A DNA stretch of 24,208 bases from a virus (taxonomy: Duplodnaviria; Caudoviricetes): positions 1 through 24,208 of the IMG/VR virus record IMGVR_UViG_3300024245_000007; one strand, written 5' to 3'. A model generated the notes under the pieces. It was not told the DNA's origin, did no database searches, and saw only the letters and a list, made by a program, of their open reading frames with translations. Positions 1 through 9,600 of this stretch are shown here, piece after piece. A program made the position numbers and the translations under genes. The first letter of the stretch is position 1, and the number at the start of each line of letters is the position of its first letter.

Positions 1-645
1 GTTCAACACCAACGCTGGCGAGACTTTGAAGATCGCCAGATCGCCACTCATGTTGTCGCCAGCCTTGGCGACGTATTTTGACAAGTCGGGTGAATTGCTG
101 ACCGCAACTACCCACTGAGAACTGTTCCCATCGTTGTAGCTGACATACAACTGAGCACTGACGCTATCAAACCACAGCTTACCCTGTACCGCTGCGGGTG
201 GTGTGTCTGAAATCACCACGCCGCTATTGCCCGTCGCCGCAGCCACAAATGCTGTCGTTGCAATTGACGTGTCGTTGTCACCGGGTGCTGGTGTGGGCGC
301 TCTTGGATCACCCGTAAATACCGGTGAAGCCAGTGGAGACTTCAGAGCCAGATCGCTGACGAGATTGGTGACATCACTTTCCAAAATCGGTAGCGTTGGC
401 GGAAACGTCGCTGGCTTGCCTGAGAGTGTCGTCCATGTTGGGTTAGCTACGATTACCGTCCAACCGGCGCTCTGTCGGCCGTATTGCTGCCCATCATTGG
501 GGGCGTCAACAATGCCACCGCTATTGGCTGGCGGGACGCCCTTTATGATCCAGCGTGGCGATTGCCAAATATACGTTGGCTGATTACCGCCCGGTGGTGT
601 GAACTCCTGATCCTGTACAGGATTATCGGGGAAATTATAAGCCAT
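1..645 (-). CDS. Tail fibre protein (partial, runs off left edge)
   Basis: Absent from the ORF track because it has no stop in the window. My translation from ATG 645 is open for 215 codons: MAYNFPDNPVQDQEFTPP...DAPNDGQQYGRQSAGW (fibritin foldon-like)...KSPLASPVFTGDPRAPTPAPGDNDTSIATTAFV (phage fibre repeat)...YVAKAGDNMSGDL. It starts 4 nt after the stop of the upstream fibre. Confidence 0.88.
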   Translation of the reverse strand, partial: MAYNFPDNPVQDQEFTPPGGNQPTYIWQSPRWIIKGVPPANSGGIVDAPNDGQQYGRQSAGWTVIVANPTWTTLSGKPATFPPTLPILESDVTNLVSDLALKSPLASPVFTGDPRAPTPAPGDNDTSIATTAFVAAATGNSGVVISDTPPAAVQGKLWFDSVSAQLYVSYNDGNSSQWVVAVSNSPDLSKYVAKAGDNMSGDLAIFKVSPALVLN

Positions 646-649
646 GGGG

Positions 650-1612
650 CTATACCGTTCTCACCATCAGGACTGAGCCATTACGATACACGCCATTAAG
701 CGGCACGCCCGCCGAAGCGGCGGCGCTATCGTTGGCGGCATTAGTTGGCAACGTGTTGAACGTAAGACCGGCACCACCCACTGGCACAAACGCTGACACC
801 CACTGAGCGGATGTGCCATCGTTGTAGTAAATGTACATCTGACCGGTGTCGCTCTCCCACCATAGTTGGCCCAGCGTTGGACTTGCCGGTGGTCCGTCGC
901 CCACCGTGGTGATTGCCGTGCCGCCCGGTCCTACCGGACCCTGTGAGCCTGTCGGACCCACCGGTCCCTGCGGCCCGGTGTTGCCTATCGGACCCTGCGC
1001 TCCCTGCGGGCCTGTCGGGCCGGGAACCGTGCTGGCCGCGCCCTGTGGCCCTTGCGCCCCCTGTGGGCCAGTGTTGCCGATATCACCCTTCTGACCTTGC
1101 GGCCCCTGCACGCCTTGCGGCCCCTGAACGCCCTGCGGCCCCTGCACGCCTTGCGGCCCCTGCGGGCCTGTCGGGCCGGGAACCGTGCTGGGTGGCCCCA
1201 TTGGCCCTTCCGGCCCAATCGGCCCCGGTCTGACAGCCAGTTGCTGAAATCTGAATATCGTACGATCAAACTCGTCCACTATCTTCTGTCGTACAAACGC
1301 GTCATCATAGTCAAAATCGGTGGTATATTGCAAAGAGCGCCCAACGAATATGACGTTCACACCATCGATAGCAAGCTTGTCTATCAACTCCGTTGTTGGC
1401 GTGATCGTGAAATCAGCTAGGCTACCATCCAGAGGAAAATCGACTGTATAGTCCAAACCCTGTGTAGCCGTTGGCCGCGAACCAACAGGAAGCGTACCAT
1501 ACTCGACATACACTTCACCGGCTATACCGCTGGTTTCAATGCCAATGGTTATCGGTATGTCAGCTACGACATTGGTGAACTCAAGTTCTACGTCTGTGTC
1601 GGAAACGGCCAT
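650..1612 (-). CDS. Tail fibre/adaptor protein with collagen-like Gly-X-Y repeats
   Basis: 320 aa. N-terminal region ending R..QYTTDF....F....I..EFDR..F..QQL resembles the T7 gp17-type anchor. About 100 aa of GPQG repeats follow. AAAGGG RBS upstream; located right after the internal proteins. Confidence 0.85.
   Translation of the reverse strand: MAVSDTDVELEFTNVVADIPITIGIETSGIAGEVYVEYGTLPVGSRPTATQGLDYTVDFPLDGSLADFTITPTTELIDKLAIDGVNVIFVGRSLQYTTDFDYDDAFVRQKIVDEFDRTIFRFQQLAVRPGPIGPEGPMGPPSTVPGPTGPQGPQGVQGPQGVQGPQGVQGPQGQKGDIGNTGPQGAQGPQGAASTVPGPTGPQGAQGPIGNTGPQGPVGPTGSQGPVGPGGTAITTVGDGPPASPTLGQLWWESDTGQMYIYYNDGTSAQWVSAFVPVGGAGLTFNTLPTNAANDSAAASAGVPLNGVYRNGSVLMVRTV
920..1225 (-). repeat. Collagen-coding repeats (9/18-bp periodicity) including an exact 34-bp duplication at 1002-1035 and 1158-1191
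   Basis: ccctgcgggcctgtcgggccgggaaccgtgctgg occurs twice (encodes [11 protein letters not shown]); tandem GPQGVQ units lie between the copies. Confidence 0.9.
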
Positions 1613-1624
1613 AGCTGACCCTTT

Positions 1625-4165
1625 CTAAGAACCGGGGAAACCGGGAATAATACCACCTTCACCCGGTCCATACCCTTTACGATATGGTGTACCTGAACTC
1701 TTAGCAAAGCCCTTGCGTGACTTGTACCGGTGCAGCATGGTTTGCTTATCCATCTGTTCCTGCAACGGCTCTAGTATGTAACGCTGCATGGCAGGCGCAA
1801 CAAACCATGGCTGTGGTATCATGTAGTTTCGCATGAAATCAACTAGATGAACGCCTTCTTTGCCCATAGACCATTTACCCGACTTCTCGTTGAAATCCAT
1901 GATCTCAAAAGCCGAACCCATCGTCAGGTTACTCGCTTCGCCAAGCATTGCGACTAATGGCCCGCCAAGGGTTCCCACAATGGCCTGCCCAGTATCGGCC
2001 CTCATACCACCTGATATAAGATCGCCCCAGTAGCCCGTGACCCCACTGGACAAAACGGCTTTCAGCCAAAACTCGGGATCATGCATGTCGGCAAATTCTT
2101 TACCCTGCCAGTAATTCCTTGCCTGTATGCTCATTGCTGCTACGGCTGTCGTGGCCAAGCCCCATTTTGCTGCTACCATCAAAGCTGCGCCGGGGCTGTC
2201 TGCCGCCAACAGCGTACGAAACAGGCTAAGCGATAACGTGACAGAGAAGTTATGAAACTTGGCCATGGACGCACGCAACGCACCGCTGACCGTATCCATA
2301 CGCGCGTTGCCCATCAGCATGGCGCGGGCTTCTAGCGTACTCTCCATCACGCTACGTCTACCCTCGTTGTAAAATAGACGTTGCCACTTGGTGACTAAAT
2401 CCGCGCCTAACTCGTCAACGTGGTCCATGGGCCGAAACATGCCGATATTCTCAACCGGCGAATACACACCCTTATCCATGGCTTTTTGGGTGAGCTTCCA
2501 TTCGGCTTCGCTGATGTCGTTACGCTTCAGTACCTGTAACTCACGAAGTTCATTGTAGTTGAGTGCGCGACTTTCATACAGAGCCTTGGCACGGGTAAGC
2601 GTGTCTGCCGCACGTGCCGCCGTAAAACCACGCTGTACGCCCGCCAACCTTAGCGTCTTGTCAGCCACGTATCGGGAGACAGTCGTACCGGCTTGCAGTC
2701 CAACGCCATAACGCGTTTCTATCATGCCGGAACCCATGAACTCTGAGCCGGTGTGCGCCAGTAGTAACATATCCCGGTTTGACGCCTTGTTGGCTATGAT
2801 GGCTTTACCCCATGCGCCTATCACGCCGATAATTGGTTCATGGTTGGCCAGACGATTGGCTATGATAGTACCAAGATCGCCCAGTACCGACACAAAGCTG
2901 GAGCTACCCAGCATAGCCGCTACTTGAAAATTGGACACAGCCGATGTCACTTGCCCAAGCCTGCTTTCCGGGTCCATGGGGTTCCGGTACAAGGCTATGT
3001 CTGCTATATTGTTGTATTTGCGGACATACTTGTCCATGCCCTTTGGGTTGTTCCGCCCCAAAAGCTTGTCACTGATCGTCACCGCTGAACCGGTGGGCGT
3101 ATGCTTTTGTGCCATACGCTTGGCTAACGCCAAAATCTGTTTCTCAGTGTGCAGCGGTGTTGGCCCAAATATGGTCGCCACTCCGATGTTATGAGCTAGC
3201 TTGTTGGTGGAATAGTGGATGGTGTCCACAAATGAGCCATCCATGTACTTGGCGTGCATTTGCGCGTAGCCGTCTCCGGTCTTGAACTGAAGTAGCCGGT
3301 CGTTGTGGTATCGACGCGCGAACTCGCCACCCGTCTGTTCAAACGCCTTGGGCATTTCCTTGAAGTCGCCCGTAATCACTGCATCGTAGTATTTGCTCAG
3401 CCACTCAGCCCGCTCCGCTGGTCGCACGTAGTAACCAGCCCCTGATCGTGTCCAGTCAATCAGTGGCTCTATTTCATCAATAAACTCCTGCTTGTCGATA
3501 TTGCTCAGCTTGGAGCCAACCGGGTGGAAAACCACTTCACCTTCTTTGAAGTCGGCTGTGATCCCAAGCCGTCGCATTTCCGAGATAGCCCACTTGTCCC
3601 GGCGCTTGATTGCTTCGGCTATATCCTTAGCCGCCTTGTTATTGGTGCTACCGGGCTTGATCATTTCTGTTACTATGTCACTGGTAGTCACTGAACCACG
3701 TTGTACGCCCGCCCAGTTACGCGAGAACTCGTCAATCACGCCTCGAAACTCTGAGAACATGATACGCGCCTGCGTCTCGACTATTGCCACGAAATTCTTG
3801 TTGGACAAGGGCATACGCGGATCAAACTCCATCATAGCCCGCAGACCCTGATAGAGTTTACTTGCTGCCGTACCAAATAACTGCTTGATCGTCAGCGATT
3901 GTTCTAATCGCGACTGCGCCTCAGCCAGCCGGTTGGATGAAGCTAACAGGTTGGTCTTTTTCTCCAATGCCTTCTTTTCAAGTGAGCGCATGACCTGTGC
4001 CATTGCTTCCGGTCGTGCTTCGCTATCGGTCATACCACCCGCAAGATTGCGCTCCACATTACGCGCATACGCGTCTTTGGCCGCGTTGGTGCGTACCTCA
4101 CCATAGCCAGCAAGTTTAGTCATATTGTCCACTATGCACTTCAGGTACTTGTCAGGACTGGCCAT
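1625..4165 (-). CDS. Internal virion/ejection protein (gp16-like C-terminal membrane-spanning type)
   Basis: Start re-called at MASPDK (ATG 4165, TAATG overlap with the upstream stop), 846 aa. Helical, with hydrophobic C-terminal segments (ALMVAAKWGLATTAVAAM; FWLKAVLSSGVTGYWGDLI) typical of the last podovirus ejection protein before the fibre. Confidence 0.7.
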   Translation of the reverse strand: MASPDKYLKCIVDNMTKLAGYGEVRTNAAKDAYARNVERNLAGGMTDSEARPEAMAQVMRSLEKKALEKKTNLLASSNRLAEAQSRLEQSLTIKQLFGTAASKLYQGLRAMMEFDPRMPLSNKNFVAIVETQARIMFSEFRGVIDEFSRNWAGVQRGSVTTSDIVTEMIKPGSTNNKAAKDIAEAIKRRDKWAISEMRRLGITADFKEGEVVFHPVGSKLSNIDKQEFIDEIEPLIDWTRSGAGYYVRPAERAEWLSKYYDAVITGDFKEMPKAFEQTGGEFARRYHNDRLLQFKTGDGYAQMHAKYMDGSFVDTIHYSTNKLAHNIGVATIFGPTPLHTEKQILALAKRMAQKHTPTGSAVTISDKLLGRNNPKGMDKYVRKYNNIADIALYRNPMDPESRLGQVTSAVSNFQVAAMLGSSSFVSVLGDLGTIIANRLANHEPIIGVIGAWGKAIIANKASNRDMLLLAHTGSEFMGSGMIETRYGVGLQAGTTVSRYVADKTLRLAGVQRGFTAARAADTLTRAKALYESRALNYNELRELQVLKRNDISEAEWKLTQKAMDKGVYSPVENIGMFRPMDHVDELGADLVTKWQRLFYNEGRRSVMESTLEARAMLMGNARMDTVSGALRASMAKFHNFSVTLSLSLFRTLLAADSPGAALMVAAKWGLATTAVAAMSIQARNYWQGKEFADMHDPEFWLKAVLSSGVTGYWGDLISGGMRADTGQAIVGTLGGPLVAMLGEASNLTMGSAFEIMDFNEKSGKWSMGKEGVHLVDFMRNYMIPQPWFVAPAMQRYILEPLQEQMDKQTMLHRYKSRKGFAKSSGTPYRKGYGPGEGGIIPGFPGS

Positions 4166-6600
4166 TATGGTGTACTCGCGCACTTGTTGAAGATTTTGAA
4201 TGCCTCTTCCTCGCCATGGATATCCTCCACAGCCTGCTTTAACGAAACAACTTGTCCGTCAGGCAATTCAAACTTGCCTTCCTTCATAAGCTGTTCCCAC
4301 GTCATACCAGCCGATAGCGACGGCTTAGGTGGCTCCACACCTTTTGGCATACCACCCTTCGGTATTGCCATACGCGCCGCGCCTATGCCTGACGTTTTAC
4401 TCGTATCGCTGACTGTCTCAAGCGACTTGATGAAATCCCCTGCGTCTTGGAAAAACTTCTCGGCGTCCACTTCGTCTATCTGTTTGCGTACAGCTTCGTT
4501 TACCTTCGTGGCAACTTGTTGCGGTGTGTCACCCGGCTTGGCTACCTCTGCCGCTCGTATGTCCGTCTCTTGGTGGTATTGTGCCTTGAACTCAGCAAAC
4601 AACTCGTCCCGCGCCGCATTCAGTTCTGTCGTGGTTGGCCCCTTCTGAAGCTTGGCCTCATACGGGTTCTTTGACACACCCTTGGGGCGTCGTTTACGCT
4701 TAGCCCCTTTAGGCCACCGCCACGGTGAGTTTACCCGCTCTTGTAACCCCGGCAATAACTGTTCCTCTAACGCATCCCGCTCAGCTTTCTTTAAGCCCCA
4801 ACGCCCCTTGGCGCGGGCCATTGACCGCTCAACATCCTGATATATTGCTTTCTTCGCCTCCATCTGTGCCATGACGCGTTCAGCACGCGCTGTAATAGAC
4901 AGACTAGCCGGTGCCGGTGGTCCTGTACCACCCGCCTTGGTCGCTTTCAGGTCTTCATGATGCTGCAAAGCTGCCGCTATCTCTTCGTTTAACCGCTGCT
5001 TCGTTGCTGTCGTCTTAGCCGCATCAAATTGCTTCTGTAAGTCAGCCACGTGATTGTCAAGCGTGGTCGTAATACCCTGCCGACCTTCCTCATGGAATTT
5101 GGTGGCAGTCTGCAATTCAGCTTCAGCTTCGCGTAGCCGTTTGTTTACCCTATCCCATCGACCCCACGTTTCAGGGTCTAGCTTACGGGCTATGGACTCT
5201 TGACTTTCGTAACGTGCGTCTTTCCATATCGATGATAACTTAGGTATATCACCCGCACCGGGACCACCCCATGCCCGTACGTCAGGCATGATGGTTGCTT
5301 CATTGCTCAATGGGCGTGATGGCGGGACCAAATCCTGTGCCATCACACCGGGTACGTCCATCTGCGCGGCGGCGTGATCGGCGTCCACTGCCTTCCTGAC
5401 CTTGGCGGCGGCTGTCTCTGCCCGGTCCAGAATTGCGAGGCCAACGCGTTGGCCCTTTGAGGCATAGACCACCGGGGCGGTTGCCCGCGCCGCGACCGTC
5501 GAAGGTGTGGTGGGAACCGGTATCTGTTCCGCTAGGAGCGCCGGTAGCTTGCTTGGGGGCGCTGGTGGCGGCAGTCCCGGCAGTCGGGCGGGGGGAGCAC
5601 CCTCCATGCCCGCTATGACCGCTGGCAGGCCACTGGGTGTCGGTCTAGGGGCTGGCGCATCCGGTATGTCGGGTGCTGGCGGCGGTACCTCTGGCAACGC
5701 GGCTTTTTGCTGCCGCTTGGATATGCTCATCCAACTATAACGTTCATTCAGTGCAGCACGACCGGACTTGCGTATCGCCAATTCACCCAACCCGCCGCCA
5801 CCCGCACCCAGTATTGCACCCAGCACACCGCTATACACCAAATCATCATTAGAAAGGGGTACACCGGCCATCTTGAGCGTTGTTTGTGCGCCGAATTTAG
5901 GTACTACATTACTCGCTGCACCCACAATGGCCAAAGAGAGCAAACGCTCGGCAGTGGTTCGCCCTATGCCACCAAATACCAAAGACCCCACTTCTGGTAT
6001 CACATACGGGTTGGACCGGAGGTTAAGGATGCTTGCTGTACCGCCGATAAGCCCACCAAGGAACTGACCCAAGCCACCGCGTGGGTCTGTTGTCCTGTCC
6101 TTGGCTATGCTATCCAAAACCTCACGATGCATCTGTTGCTGGGTTTTAAGGCCAGCATCAGGGTGTTCAGACATGGCGTTGCTAATAAGCTGTTCGTTAT
6201 ACCTAACATCAGCTAGTGTTTTAGCTTCATAGTCAGTTTTTGCCTTATACCGTTCATCTACACCGGGAACTGGTGCACCATCGTTGACCAAACCCTGAAA
6301 AAACGTAGATGCTTCATGCAAATTTGGGCTGATGTGCCAATAGCTACTGAGCGGATTAGCAAACAAATCACGCGGTTTATAGCCTAAAGCTTCTAACTTC
6401 TTTGAGTTCTCGGCATATGCGTCTTCCAAGCGTACATTATAGGCATATGTCTGCCCAGCACTCTCATAGCGATAGCTCTCGAAAATACCGGTAAAAAACC
6501 CAGTTACCTCATCACCACCCTGATTGCTTATGTCATCAGGGTTTACCCGTACACCCTCCGGGTCATGCTTGACAGTCAGGCTGGTTGGGATATCGACCAT
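4165..6600 (-). CDS. Putative internal virion/ejection protein
   Basis: 811 aa, tightly packed against both neighbours. Gly-rich hydrophobic helices (GGLGQFLGGLIGG; GVLGAILGAGGGGLGELAI), Pro-rich linker and coiled coil. Confidence 0.65.
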   Translation of the reverse strand: MVDIPTSLTVKHDPEGVRVNPDDISNQGGDEVTGFFTGIFESYRYESAGQTYAYNVRLEDAYAENSKKLEALGYKPRDLFANPLSSYWHISPNLHEASTFFQGLVNDGAPVPGVDERYKAKTDYEAKTLADVRYNEQLISNAMSEHPDAGLKTQQQMHREVLDSIAKDRTTDPRGGLGQFLGGLIGGTASILNLRSNPYVIPEVGSLVFGGIGRTTAERLLSLAIVGAASNVVPKFGAQTTLKMAGVPLSNDDLVYSGVLGAILGAGGGGLGELAIRKSGRAALNERYSWMSISKRQQKAALPEVPPPAPDIPDAPAPRPTPSGLPAVIAGMEGAPPARLPGLPPPAPPSKLPALLAEQIPVPTTPSTVAARATAPVVYASKGQRVGLAILDRAETAAAKVRKAVDADHAAAQMDVPGVMAQDLVPPSRPLSNEATIMPDVRAWGGPGAGDIPKLSSIWKDARYESQESIARKLDPETWGRWDRVNKRLREAEAELQTATKFHEEGRQGITTTLDNHVADLQKQFDAAKTTATKQRLNEEIAAALQHHEDLKATKAGGTGPPAPASLSITARAERVMAQMEAKKAIYQDVERSMARAKGRWGLKKAERDALEEQLLPGLQERVNSPWRWPKGAKRKRRPKGVSKNPYEAKLQKGPTTTELNAARDELFAEFKAQYHQETDIRAAEVAKPGDTPQQVATKVNEAVRKQIDEVDAEKFFQDAGDFIKSLETVSDTSKTSGIGAARMAIPKGGMPKGVEPPKPSLSAGMTWEQLMKEGKFELPDGQVVSLKQAVEDIHGEEEAFKIFNKCASTP

Positions 6601-6601
6601 A

Positions 6602-9600
6602 TCAGTGTGCAGTCCTTACGAGACGTTCACGCATCATCGCGGAGAACTCGCTACTTAGACGCTTGACCGTCTCGTCACTTGCACCGCTTCGGCGTAGCGT
6701 AGCCTCGTACCTCGATACGGTGTCATCCAGTGTAGCTTGGCCTTCCTTCGACAACGGCAATGGCTTGACCGGTGCGGCTGGTGCAGCCGGTGCAGCCGGT
6801 GTTGCTACAGCCCGCGTCTTAACCGGTAGCGGGGGTGGTGGAGCACCTGTCACCGGGACCGTGGGATTACCCCCGCCCGGTGTTGCCGCTGCGGGTGGTA
6901 TTGTCTCGTCCACGGCTGGCGCAGCCGGTGCGGCTGGCGGCTCGGGTGTCATCAGTTGCTCTATCCCCGGTGCTATCATTGGCCCACCTGTAAATGGTGG
7001 TATGCCCGATCTACCATAGGGATTTTCTAAACGGTCTTGCTCAAAAGCGCGTACTGCCGTCTCCTTGATCGTCTTGGCGTCCAATACGGCTTCATACCTC
7101 TGAACGCCGTCAGGCGTTTGCACTACAAACCACTGCCCCGCATCGTCCAAAAACTGATATGTGTCTATAGCTGTACGAATTGGGTGTGCATTAGCTAATG
7201 CTGACGGTATAGCCGGTGCTGGCAACCCAGTACGCGTGTCTCTGGCCATAGGCGTCAAATGCGTGGTAGACACTTCGGGGTTAGCCATCAATAGTGGCTG
7301 TGCGGCTTCCCACTCTCCGTCTTCCACGCCAACCGGCTTCAGCACACGCGTGCCGTTGATCGTGCCAAATTGCCCGCCTTCCACTTGCTCAACTATTTGC
7401 TCGTATGCCGCTTGATTAAAGTCACCATCCAGACCATACTTCTCAGCGTAGATTGCTTTATATAGTTCTGCCTTGCCAATACCTATTGATGTCAGACCGG
7501 CATCCGGCGTACCACGCAGCACGTTGCCCAACACGTCAGTGTTGGCTGTCTGCATGGCTTCTTCCCACTTGATCTTAAATTTGTTTACACTCGCTGTCTT
7601 CAACAGGTCTTCACCATGCTGAGCCTGTAAAGCTACGTCCTTCTTGCCATCCCCGTAAAGCCCGCCGACCATCGCACCGAAAGGTGCGCTTTGCTCAACC
7701 TGTTTGTAGGCAGCTTTCTGCATTTCGGGCGTCCACGTGGCTATGCCCGCGTACATCTTTGCCTTTTGTTCGTTATTACCCACACTATTAAACAGCGTGG
7801 CAAGAGCGGCGGCTTGCTCCACTGTAAATGGCTTCTTCTGGTCTGTCGTGGCATTATGCGTCGTTACGAGTTTATTGTATAATTGCTGCGCGTCCTTAAA
7901 ATACGTTGGGCTACCAAACTGCGGAACTTCTACACCCAAAAGCTTGGCCCCGGTGGTCATAAGGTCCGTGTCCAGACCCTTCACCATCTGTTCTCTTGCT
8001 GTCTGCACTACCTGAAGCTGGTCGTGTTGGGCTTGCGTGAACGAAGACGGTGGCACCGTCAACGTATCAGCCCGACCGGCAGTAATACCACCGCCACCGG
8101 GTCCACTCGGTCCACCGCCGTTAGCCGCTGCGTTCTCGGCCAAAGTCTTATCAGGGTCTATTGTCCACCCTGCCGCTCGCATCTTATCTAATGTTTCAGG
8201 TGCCCACCTTTTCATTAACAAGCTGTCAGCGACTTGCTTTTGCACGTCGTATGGCGCATCTGAAGCAGTTGGATACTTGGCTAAAATACCCTTACCGGCA
8301 TTATCACTCCACGTTCCATCTGTTATCTGAAAATACCCACGCGCCCATCCTGACGATGTTTTCTTGTCAGTATTGGAAACATTTTGCCCCCTAGCTTCAA
8401 AGCCTGATAATGCATCATAAAAACTGCCGCCACCCCTTGTACCGACTACAAAACGCCCACCTGTTGCGTGACCACCGCTGAACTCTGCCAGTAGCTTCCG
8501 GCTTTCGGGGTCTACATAGTTCCGTGACGCCGCTCCACCGGTCAAATTGCCTGCACCCCACATGGCTGGTCCGAAGCCCGCATGGGATATGCCTGCGTGC
8601 AACACATTCCTGTGCGTTCCACCTTCATACAGGCCAATACGATCCACCCCGCCCTTCTGCATCATGTCCCGCGCGACTTGTGCGCGTTGGGTGGGTGTCC
8701 ACGGTGAACCATCAGCTTGAAAGCCAATATAGTCCACATCGTAGCCACCAGCGTGGGACAAATGCCCCGCTCCACGCCCAGCCACGACTTCAAGCCTGAC
8801 CACGCCATGGCTATGTGCGCTTGCTGACGCTACTTCCATTGCGGTATACGCTTGCGACTGCAAACCACGTAATGACGTGGCATCGCGAATGTTAGCCGTA
8901 ACTGGTACGTGATCGCTGTCACCCTTTATTACTGATGCACCACCGGGTTGGTGCCGCCCTACTGCCGGGTTGACGTATCCACCCGTGGTGTCACCCGTTG
9001 CGGATACTGTCCTACCCGGTGAATGTTTCCCAGTTGGCGTATGCACCATCGTCTTGCCGTCTGGACTTACCTTGAACTCATGATGACCTTCATTGGTGAT
9101 CGCTATTGCCGCAGCATCCAGATCAGCTACAGTCTTGGCATTCGCTACTATACCCTGCGCTTTGGCCTTGTTGGCTATCGTGGCATACGACCTTGACAGC
9201 GCAGGCGTCATGCCACCCTCTTTTATGAGCGCAGCACCCAAATCAAGAGCATCCTGAATTTCACTTTGTGGCACAGGCTGGTTGGCAGTTTGTCTCTCGG
9301 CTATGCTTGCCATGCCGGAGCTAAGTGTTTCCCGCATGTCGGTAACTTTGGCATTATGTGCTGCCAACAAGTCCGACTGTACCTTGTTGAATACAGCATT
9401 AAGCCCATTCTCGCGCGTTTCCAGATTGCCCAGCAAATTATCCATCTGTTCGCGCGTCATGGTCGCAGACCACCGGGGGTCTTTGTGTAGCTCGGCCTTT
9501 ATCTCCTCTATGCCCTTCAATGCTTCTTCCGAAGTCTTTAGCTTACCGCTCTTCAGACCCTCTTGACCGGCTGTTGAGGCGGCTTCAGCCAGCGCCTCAA

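Noticed and set aside
1-1612. BPP-1-type diversity-generating retroelement
   Set aside because: No reverse transcriptase and no template/variable repeat pair in the window. The 34-bp duplication is exact and collagen-coding. The region left of the window is unseen.
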